Positions 1 through 7,900 of a stretch of DNA of 39,167 nt are shown one piece after another. Both the position numbers and the translations under genes were made by a program. The notes below the pieces were generated by a model. It was given only the letters and a program-made list of their open reading frames with translations, was not told the origin of the DNA and ran no database searches. Source of the DNA: a virus. Lineage: Duplodnaviria > Caudoviricetes. The stretch covers positions 1-39,167 of the IMG/VR virus record IMGVR_UViG_3300030330_006510; one strand, written 5' to 3'. Each line of letters starts with the position of its first letter. The first letter of the stretch is position 1.

Positions 1-2
1 TA

Positions 3-920
3 CTTGATAAGGGATACAGAGTTATAGGGGCAAAAAGAAGAACCTCTACTATTTGTACTGATCGTGTTGATCATTTATTCGAGAACGATAATTTTATTCT
101 CGAATATTATGATCTTAACGATACCTCAAGAACTTGGCAATTAATAAACCAATATAGGCCAGATGAAATATATAATTTAGCAGCCATGTCTCATGTTCGG
201 GTCTCATTTGATATACCCGAAAACACTGTAGATGGTATTGCCATGGGAACTCTTAGGCTACTCAACGCTTGCAGAGAACTAGTTCCAGACTCAAAATTTT
301 ATCAAGCTTCTTCCTCTGAAATGTTTGGGGACAATCCAAATTACCCCTTTGATGAAGATTCAAAACTTATGCCAGCTTCACCTTATGCTTGTGCTAAAGT
401 GTTTGCTCACAATTTATGCAGAAACTATCGCTTGGCTTACGATATGCATGTTTCAAGTGGTATATTATTTAATCATGAATCGCCTCGTCGAGGTGAAACA
501 TTTGTAACAAGAAAAATAACTTTAGCAGCAGCTAGAATAAAGCAAGGGTTACAAGAGAGGCTTTTTCTTGGTAATTTAGAGGCAAAAAGAGATTGGGGAT
601 TTGCTGGTGACTATACAGAGGCCATGTGGCTAATGTTGCAGCAAAAAGACCCAGATGATTATGTCATAGCCACTGGCGAAACCCACACAGTTAGAGAGTT
701 TTTAGAGGAAGTTTTTGCTCATGCTGGACTGGATGTGGAAAAACATCTTTACATTGATCCAAGGCTTTTTCGACCTCATGAAGTTCCTTACCTCCTTGGT
801 AATCCAAACAAAGCAAAAAACAAGCTAAATTGGGAGCCTAAAATAACTTTTAAAGAGTTGGCTAAAAAAATGTATGAAGCAGACTATGAATTTGTACTAA
901 AAGAAAGGAAAACAAAATGA
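3..920 (+). CDS. gmd: GDP-mannose 4,6-dehydratase, 5'-truncated at the window edge
   Basis: The frame is open from base 3 (LDKGYRVIGAKRRTS...PDEIYNLAAMSHV), so the ORF-track start at 186 is internal. GMD motifs are present: YQASSSEMFG, catalytic YxxxK (SPYACAK), GILFNHESPRRGETFVTRKI, LGNLEAKRDWGFAGDY. Confidence 0.96.
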   Translation, partial: LDKGYRVIGAKRRTSTICTDRVDHLFENDNFILEYYDLNDTSRTWQLINQYRPDEIYNLAAMSHVRVSFDIPENTVDGIAMGTLRLLNACRELVPDSKFYQASSSEMFGDNPNYPFDEDSKLMPASPYACAKVFAHNLCRNYRLAYDMHVSSGILFNHESPRRGETFVTRKITLAAARIKQGLQERLFLGNLEAKRDWGFAGDYTEAMWLMLQQKDPDDYVIATGETHTVREFLEEVFAHAGLDVEKHLYIDPRLFRPHEVPYLLGNPNKAKNKLNWEPKITFKELAKKMYEADYEFVLKERKTK

Positions 921-1102
921 CATACTCATATAAATTTTCAGACCAAGCAATTGGGTCTTTATTAATGACATTACAAAAATGCCTATCAGAACAAATAGAT
1001 ATCACAAATCTTTTAAAAGATTGGGATATGGAACTTAAGGGTGATGAAATATATGTTAAAAACCCTCCAAGTTTTAAATCACAGGACTTTGAGGCTGAAT
1101 AG
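917..1102 (+). CDS. Small hypothetical protein (61 aa)
   Basis: ATGA overlap with the gmd stop; AAGGA upstream; fills the gap in a tightly packed operon. Confidence 0.75.
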   Translation: MTYSYKFSDQAIGSLLMTLQKCLSEQIDITNLLKDWDMELKGDEIYVKNPPSFKSQDFEAE

Positions 1103-1359
1103 TGCCAAAGTATGCTTACATTTGTGGAGAGTGTAAAAGCATTTTTGATGTTATCCACTCATATAAAGATGTTGTGACTAAATGTAAAGTTTGTAAAAGT
1201 GAAAAGTCACTTTCTAAATTTCTTGGTAACCCCACAAAAATAAGTAAAAAAATAACAGAAAAAAAATATGAAATTGGTAGTATTGTGTTAGAAACTATTG
1301 AAGAAACTAAAAAAGAAATAAAAAGAGAAAAAGAAAGCAAGAAAAAAGTGAAACAATGA
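1102..1359 (+). CDS. FmdB-family zinc-ribbon protein
   Basis: MPKYAYICGECKSIFD...KCKVCKS matches the MPxYxYxCxxC...F...CxxC pattern. GTG start overlaps the previous TAG; GAGG upstream; Lys-rich tail. Confidence 0.8.
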   Translation: MPKYAYICGECKSIFDVIHSYKDVVTKCKVCKSEKSLSKFLGNPTKISKKITEKKYEIGSIVLETIEETKKEIKREKESKKKVKQ

Positions 1360-1634
1360 TGTATTATGTTTTGTTATTTATTGCAATATTTTTGAACTTC
1401 TTTTTTATCTGGTATGTAAGACAACTGTTAGTTCGCTTTAACTATTTTTCTGAGATTTTTGAAATGTATTTTGATTCTTTACAAAAATTCGAAGAGCACT
1501 TAGAGAGTGTATATGAACTTGAAACATTTTATGGAGACACAACTCTACAGGGGTTATTACAACACACAAAAGATATAACAGATTTAACAAACGAGATAAG
1601 GTCAAATTTTGAAATCGAGAAAGAAGAGAGCTAA
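1356..1634 (+). CDS. Small membrane-anchored protein (N-terminal TM helix, acidic helical C-terminus)
   Basis: Hydrophobic stretch YYVLLFIAIFLNFFFIWYV followed by RQ; ATGA overlap with the upstream gene. Confidence 0.75.
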   Translation: MMYYVLLFIAIFLNFFFIWYVRQLLVRFNYFSEIFEMYFDSLQKFEEHLESVYELETFYGDTTLQGLLQHTKDITDLTNEIRSNFEIEKEES

Positions 1635-2298
1635 GAATCACTACTTCACAAAAGATACTGAAGCAGCGATAATTAACTATTGTAATACACAAAACTTACA
1701 AGAAAGATCTAAACTATATGTAGATCATATACAACCAGCATTTAATGAATTGGTTGATAAAATAGTTTACACATATAAGTTTACATCACTTGAAAATATT
1801 GATGTTTTGAAAGATGATTGTAAGATCTGGTTAACAACAATTCTTTCTAAATTTGATCCAAACCAAGGAACAAAAGCCTTCTCGTATTTTTCAGTAGTGA
1901 CAAAAAATTGGTTCACACATAAAGCTAAGAAACAAACACAAAAAAATAAAAGAGAAGTAAATTATGACTCAATGATTAAAGAAGTTGAAATATCCTCTGT
2001 TGAGGGATCTGATTTTCTCTCTGAAACTGAAGATAAAGAATTTTGGTTTTTCTTAATGAACGAAGTTGAAAGTTGGCAAAATTTAAACCTTAAAGGAAAC
2101 GATGAAAAAGTTTTGGATGCAGTTTTAACAATTATGAAAAACATTGAAGAAATAGAAATTTTTAATAAAAAAGCAGTATATCTTTACATGAGAGAAATCA
2201 CAGGACTAAACACAAAACAAATTGTTGGGTGCTTAAATAAAATGCGTGCAAGATTTAGAGTTTTTAAAGATAAGTGGGATAGGGGAGAAATTAATTAG
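1609..2298 (+). CDS. Phage-encoded RNA polymerase sigma-factor-like protein (probable late sigma)
   Basis: Region-2-like motif LSKFDPNQGTKAFSYFSVVTKNWF resembles sigma70-family and T4 gp55 F-D-P...F-x-Y. N-terminal basic K..HYF; C-terminal HTH-like YLYMREITGLNTKQIVGCLNKMR. TTG start with AAGG upstream. Confidence 0.75.
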   Translation: MKSRKKRAKNHYFTKDTEAAIINYCNTQNLQERSKLYVDHIQPAFNELVDKIVYTYKFTSLENIDVLKDDCKIWLTTILSKFDPNQGTKAFSYFSVVTKNWFTHKAKKQTQKNKREVNYDSMIKEVEISSVEGSDFLSETEDKEFWFFLMNEVESWQNLNLKGNDEKVLDAVLTIMKNIEEIEIFNKKAVYLYMREITGLNTKQIVGCLNKMRARFRVFKDKWDRGEIN

Positions 2299-2302
2299 CA
2301 CT

Positions 2303-2310
2303 CTATTTAT
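2303..2310 (+). promoter_or_regulatory. Candidate phage late-promoter motif CTATTTAT
   Basis: Intergenic, immediately after the sigma gene and before the first gene of the structural run; related motifs recur in other gaps. Confidence 0.5.
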
Positions 2311-2326
2311 GGTGAGGAGTTTTTTT

Positions 2327-2620
2327 ATGAAAAAAGATTTAGAGTCATTAATAGAGCAAGCGCTCACAAATATAAACAAAGACCGCCAGGAAACAGAAAC
2401 TCTTCTGGGAGAACTAAAAGAATATATGAGTGTAGCAAAGGAAAGGTACTCTGACTCTGGAAATATAGCTGCAAAATTTGTAGAAACATTGCAACGAAGT
2501 AATGAGCAACTCGTTAAGCTGGCAACACTAGTTTATAAAAAAGAAAGTCAAAAAAATATCAATGGATTATCGGATGAAGACAAGGACAGTTTATTTGATA
2601 TAATAAATGAGGAAAAATAA
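2327..2620 (+). CDS. Hypothetical helical protein (97 aa)
   Basis: Start revised from 2246 to the ATG at 2327, which has GAGGAG at 2314-2319 and avoids overlapping the sigma gene. Amphipathic helices. Confidence 0.75.
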   Translation: MKKDLESLIEQALTNINKDRQETETLLGELKEYMSVAKERYSDSGNIAAKFVETLQRSNEQLVKLATLVYKKESQKNINGLSDEDKDSLFDIINEEK

Positions 2621-3988
2621 ATGGGAGTTTCCAAAACAAATAAAGGTTTAAATCCATCGCCAACGACGACACCGCTAAGAAAAAAGCAACCACTTCAGGA
2701 AGCGTACAGTCTTGATGCCAATAACGCAGTTTCAGAGATACAAAAAATTATTCGACAAAAGTACACTACAGATATAACAACTAATAAGAATGATTATGTC
2801 TGTAAGGCGATAACTAAACCTGTAGTAAGGGGCGAGGGTGCGCTTTCGACTCTTTCTTTGCGAGCTAGAGCAAGAAATTTACATGATTATTTACCTATTC
2901 TGGATGGTCCCCCTAGCGAAGATAGCGTATTTGGTAGGCTTCAAATCTGCAAAGCTTTTTTACATCCTGAGTTTTCATCCACACAACCTAATCTTTTTGC
3001 GTCTCTAGAACCAGGATCCGAGTTTCTTGGTGACCTGCAATTTCCTAAGTCACCCTTAGAATTTTATAATGGCACAATAAAATCAAATTACACAAGAGGA
3101 GTTGATATTGCAGGATTAACTCCTAGTTCAGCATTTAAAGTATGCAGAGATTTTATACATGCTTCATCTGTTAGTGCAGCCACAGGAAAAGCAAATGGTG
3201 GTTCAAGAAATCCTGGGTCCTTGGCTAGGGCAGCCGGCGCAGTCACTGAGGCACAACTAAGACAACAGTGTAATACAAAATATAAAATAGGTGATTTTAT
3301 TGAAGCATCGGACCTAGCGACCTTTGTTGCAACATCAGCATTCTTAAAAGAAATGATGGACTTTATTGCATCCCATGAGGGATATATCCCACAAGTAAGG
3401 GAAGACTGGGACTTTAGGATAAGTACCGGTGAGAAACTTGATAGTGTTGGTTATGGGTCTGTTGTTGAAGATCGTGCTGTGGCTGGCGGCGCAGCTAGAA
3501 GAGCGGCTCTTACAAAAATCTTACGGGATACTCGACCAAAAGATTCATGGGGAACTGTGGGCTCGCTTGATGCCAATGGTAATTTAAAACCCGTGCCAAA
3601 AAGTGTTTGGAGTAAGTTTGGAAAAAGAAATTATTCAAAAATAATAGAAGGTGATTATACTTTAGTGACTGAATTAGACGCCAAAGAACTCGCTCTAAAT
3701 CATGACATTATACCAACAGTAAGAAAGTTCAATGCTTCTATAAAAAAAGGTATAGAGGTAACCGAGTCAATGATGATTGCTGTAGCATCTGCATCTTATC
3801 AAGTAGGTTCGAAAGGGTGGCGTAGAGTCGCTAGAGCACTCAATCAAAAATTATCTGTTGAAGAAATATACTCTGTCATACTTGATCTAACTCCTGGGCA
3901 ATTTAGAAAAAGAAGGTTAATGGAGGCAGAATATTTCTTTGGCAATAAAACTTATAAATACACTGACAAAGATAGATTAAGGAAATAG
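2621..3988 (+). CDS. Baseplate hub/spike-associated protein with C-terminal GH24 phage lysozyme domain
   Basis: FIASHEGYIPQVRED gives E-x8-D. SVGYG, AVASASYQVG and QFRKRRLMEAEYF correspond to the phage-lysozyme motifs TIGYG, ALxSFxYNxG and GLxxRRxxE. GAGG RBS; lies upstream of the spike and gp25/gp6 genes. Confidence 0.7.
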   Translation: MGVSKTNKGLNPSPTTTPLRKKQPLQEAYSLDANNAVSEIQKIIRQKYTTDITTNKNDYVCKAITKPVVRGEGALSTLSLRARARNLHDYLPILDGPPSEDSVFGRLQICKAFLHPEFSSTQPNLFASLEPGSEFLGDLQFPKSPLEFYNGTIKSNYTRGVDIAGLTPSSAFKVCRDFIHASSVSAATGKANGGSRNPGSLARAAGAVTEAQLRQQCNTKYKIGDFIEASDLATFVATSAFLKEMMDFIASHEGYIPQVREDWDFRISTGEKLDSVGYGSVVEDRAVAGGAARRAALTKILRDTRPKDSWGTVGSLDANGNLKPVPKSVWSKFGKRNYSKIIEGDYTLVTELDAKELALNHDIIPTVRKFNASIKKGIEVTESMMIAVASASYQVGSKGWRRVARALNQKLSVEEIYSVILDLTPGQFRKRRLMEAEYFFGNKTYKYTDKDRLRK

Positions 3989-3992
3989 CAAA

Positions 3993-4928
3993 GTGCCTAA
4001 AGTTCCTGTAGATATGAAATTTGGTGTTGATAGTGAATTATTAGAAAAAGCTTCTAATTTTACTGATTTTTTCAAGTTAAATGGTGGGATGTTTAACGAA
4101 AAAATAATTGAACCAGTGCCAGTTCCTGCAAAATCAGGACCAGAGATTATTCATCCTGAGTATCCTCCCTCCAACTGTATGATAGTATTTGGCAGGGACC
4201 GACCTCGTGGTGTGACTAGTGGATATGGTGGGCGTGGAAATACTCACGCTGGTTGTATTGATATTATTTCCGGGATGTCGGGCAGGTTGGCTAGGGCAAG
4301 AAACCCTAACACCAATGATGTAGTGTTTACAAATAAAAGCCCCGAGCTAGATGCTGCCAGAATTTACATAAGTCAAAAGGCAGATATTGATGATTATTTT
4401 AGTTTACATGATGGAAAGGTCGGTGTCTCTAGAGCAAAATCAGCCATAGCTATCAAGGCAGATGATGTTAGGATTGTTGCTCGTGAGGGCATAAAAATTG
4501 TAACTGGGACAGACATTTTTAATTCACAAGGAGTCAGGATTCCTGTTATTTCAGGCATCGATTTAATCGCAGGCAACAAAGGAGCAGAGTTACAGCCAAT
4601 GGTGCTTGGTAATAATTTAATAAAAGCAATGCAAGACCAAAACAAATTAATAACTGATTTAAATGGGATTGTTTTTAGCTTAGTTAATGCATATTTAAGC
4701 CTGCTTTCCGCCCTAGCTAGTCATGTGCATGTTGCAGCCCCAGTGGCGGGTGGTCCAACATCTCCGTCTCCAGGTCTTATAGGATCTTGCACGACTCAAT
4801 TAAATAATGTTGCTTTTCTTCTTCAAGATCTAACAGCACATCAAACAAACGCAGTATTACATAATACAAATTTCTACACCCCAGTTGGTGAGGGTTTTAT
4901 AAATAGCCCTTATAATAATACAAATTAA
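3993..4928 (+). CDS. Baseplate central spike protein (gp5C/gpV-like) with HxH motif
   Basis: Short beta-strand repeats (SAIAIKADDVRIVAREGIKIVTG, GIDLIAG), then PMVLGN, a helix and ASHVHVAAPVAGGPTSP (HxH...GPT). GTG start. Confidence 0.65.
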   Translation: MPKVPVDMKFGVDSELLEKASNFTDFFKLNGGMFNEKIIEPVPVPAKSGPEIIHPEYPPSNCMIVFGRDRPRGVTSGYGGRGNTHAGCIDIISGMSGRLARARNPNTNDVVFTNKSPELDAARIYISQKADIDDYFSLHDGKVGVSRAKSAIAIKADDVRIVAREGIKIVTGTDIFNSQGVRIPVISGIDLIAGNKGAELQPMVLGNNLIKAMQDQNKLITDLNGIVFSLVNAYLSLLSALASHVHVAAPVAGGPTSPSPGLIGSCTTQLNNVAFLLQDLTAHQTNAVLHNTNFYTPVGEGFINSPYNNTN

Positions 4929-7900
4929 ATGAACACTAGTAGATTAAATCATATCGTAAATCCTTTCCCAGAAAAATATGGGGATAGTACTGAATTCTCA
5001 GGACAAGGCGGTCGATCAGGATTAAATTATGACTACAACAATGAAAGAAATAAATGGATTTTAGAGGGAATACATGATTCTTATATTAATTATGGATCTT
5101 TCCCAGAAATAGGGCAAGAATTATTAATTAGTGGGCCATTAACGAAAAATTCTAACAGTATAACCTTGTCTGATGCCATGGCGTATGCGGCATTGTATCC
5201 ACAGAATGCGATAGTGATTAAATTAGAGCAACCAAAAATAATAGGATTTCCAATAACTCAATTTGATTTTTCTCCCATTTCAAAAGAACAAATGATAATA
5301 GTCTTACAAGAAGTTTACAACTTTATTTCTCAAGATTTATCTGGAACATCACTTTTTACAGTATCTGATATATCTCTTTATAAAGAGGGTGGTGAATTAA
5401 ATTATTTAAAATTGCCAAGCATACCTTATCAGTCCACGCACTCTAGAACAACATCTATACGAAAATCTTTTAAACTAAACCCAAATGAAACTCTTCTTGG
5501 TGGACCACTTGAGCCGGCAGAAAATATAAGCAATAAAATACAAACAAAACAAAGGGATGGTTTGGACTTTTTAGACTGGTCCAAAAACATTACTCCAAGA
5601 GATGCCCAAGCTGTTACTTACTATAATGCTAGGGATGGCTTTATATATTATTGTTTTCGATCAAGAGTTAGAAATGTCAAAGAATATGATAAATCATCTC
5701 AAAATTTAACTGACTATAAATTAAGAAAAAAAATCTTTTTAAAAAAAGCACTTTCAAAAATTTTAGCTTTTTCTGAAGTTGATTATGTGCCTATAAGTTT
5801 AAGAAATTCAACAATAAATCAAATGGAGTTTTTCACAAAATATGGAGATAGTAATAGACCTCCTGCGCCTGACGGCTTGTCTGTATGGCTTCTAGCGTGT
5901 AGGATTTCACTAAGTAACATTGAGAATTTAAGCAATGTCGTTGCTTCAAGCGATATTAAAGATGAAAAATTGGGTACCCCCGCAGGAAAAGGTAATAAAA
6001 AACAAAACAAAAGTAACACAAATATTTCAAAAGTACCATATGAATCGTACCTGTCTCCGTATCAAATATGTAAAAAAATACTTGAAAATACATCCGCTAA
6101 TAAAGCGGTCCTTTATCAGATAAAAAACCTTGATCCTGCTATTCTACAGACAGAGAAAGTTTTAAGAAATTATTCTAATCAAATTGCTAATGCAAAAGTC
6201 TCTCCCTCTATGCTGTCTGGATTTAATTTACAGAATAGCATAGAAAATTTTGGCTTACTAAAGCAAGCTATTGATAATTTCATGACTATGAATGCATTAA
6301 ATAAAGAAAACTATGACATGATTGAGTTTAGGTTTTCTAACGATTTCAAAATAAAATATGTGTTTTATAATGGTCGCTTAATACTTGGTGGTTTAGGTAT
6401 ATCAAGGACAAGTCTTTTGAAAGATAATACTTCTGCAAATGCTTTTGTTGACCTTACTAGTACTTCGCTCGCATATTTCTATTATTCTACAGAGTTATCT
6501 ACATTCAATGGTAGAAAAGACATACCGCCGTGGACAACTTTTATATCTCGATATACATACCCTAGTTTGGATACAAATAGTATTTTTAAAAGCAGATTAG
6601 TGACCACTAGTTCTAATTTGGAAGTCACCAGTTTAAAAGATATTTCAAAGCTAATGGAAGATGGTGATCGTAAGCAGAGTGCGTCGCAAAAAATGGCAGC
6701 CGCAGCAGGAGATACAAAATTATTTCCATCAGAAAAAGATGTAAGATCCATCAGAGCAAGAAAAGATTTTATCAGCGCAAAGGAATTAGAAAATCAGGTT
6801 AGAAGTGCTATTGGTTCATGTGACACGGGACTATCATCGGCCTTGTCTCAGGCTTTTCAAATATATGATTTAGTGACTAGCAGAGCAGATAAAAAAGCTA
6901 TTATTGCTAGAATGCTAAGAAAATCTATGGATGGTATACTTTTCTTGCAAAAAAAATATGCTAATGAATTAATTTCTAAAGATACAGAAAAAATACTGTC
7001 TGGAGAAACTGCTTTTGAGTTTGGAAAATTAAGAATAGATTCTCGTAACATAGAACTATACATAAATCGACCCGATTTCTTAGGACAAGAAATTGAAAGA
7101 GAATTGCTCAGACAAGTTAGTTGTATTTTTGACCTTATTGGCGATGGTATTAATACACTTGTTCTTGATCCACTTATTGATGAACCTGGACCCCTAAAAA
7201 GTCTTGTTAGGGAGGTTGTAAACGAAACTGATAAGGCATCAAAAGCTTATAGTATTGATTTCTTAAGATATAAAATAACAACGAGAGACACTCAAAAGGC
7301 TTGGCGTTTAGCTATTGAAAGAATTATTGAAAGCTTTTTGAAGCAGATGATCTTAGATATTTTCAAAGATGTTATAACTGCTTTGCTTGGTTGTGGTCCT
7401 GAAGACAAGGAAGATAAAGAATCTCAAAACAAAAATTTATTTTTAGAGGCGTACGGAGAATTAAGAATAAATTTACTATTAGAAAATTCTGACAAACAAA
7501 TAAAACTGTTAGAAATTTGCGATAAATTAGATATTAAAAACACTGTTCTAACAGGGGAAAACTTAGACACCATTGAAGTCAGTCCGCCATCAGAAGAACA
7601 ATTGTTTCAACTCCATGAAGATATATCAGATTGTTGCACTAAGACCGAAGCCGAAGGGTTGTTAGAGGGAAATGCTCCCCGAGACCTTGTTATTGATTTG
7701 GTTGATATGATAACTGACAATATTGATGTGTCTGAGTATAATAATTTTTTAACAAGTGAACAAAAGACAATTCTTATCCAAGCATCAACCGAAAACAATT
7801 TTGATTTCGCTGACCCCAGTAGTGTTGTTTTTACAAAGCTAGCAAGAAATGCAGGACTTAAATTTACCGAGGATAGAAAAGCTCAAGGTATAGATGATAA

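Noticed and set aside
2246-2326. ORF-track N-terminal extension of the 2246..2620 ORF (similarly 26682 and 30199)
   Set aside because: Downstream ATGs at 2327, 26688 and 30220 have better RBS or coupling and avoid long overlaps.
4854-4868. VLHNT in the spike gene, resembling an intein C-terminal HN-[CST] motif
   Set aside because: No intein N-terminal block or homing-endonuclease motifs are visible upstream; probably chance.
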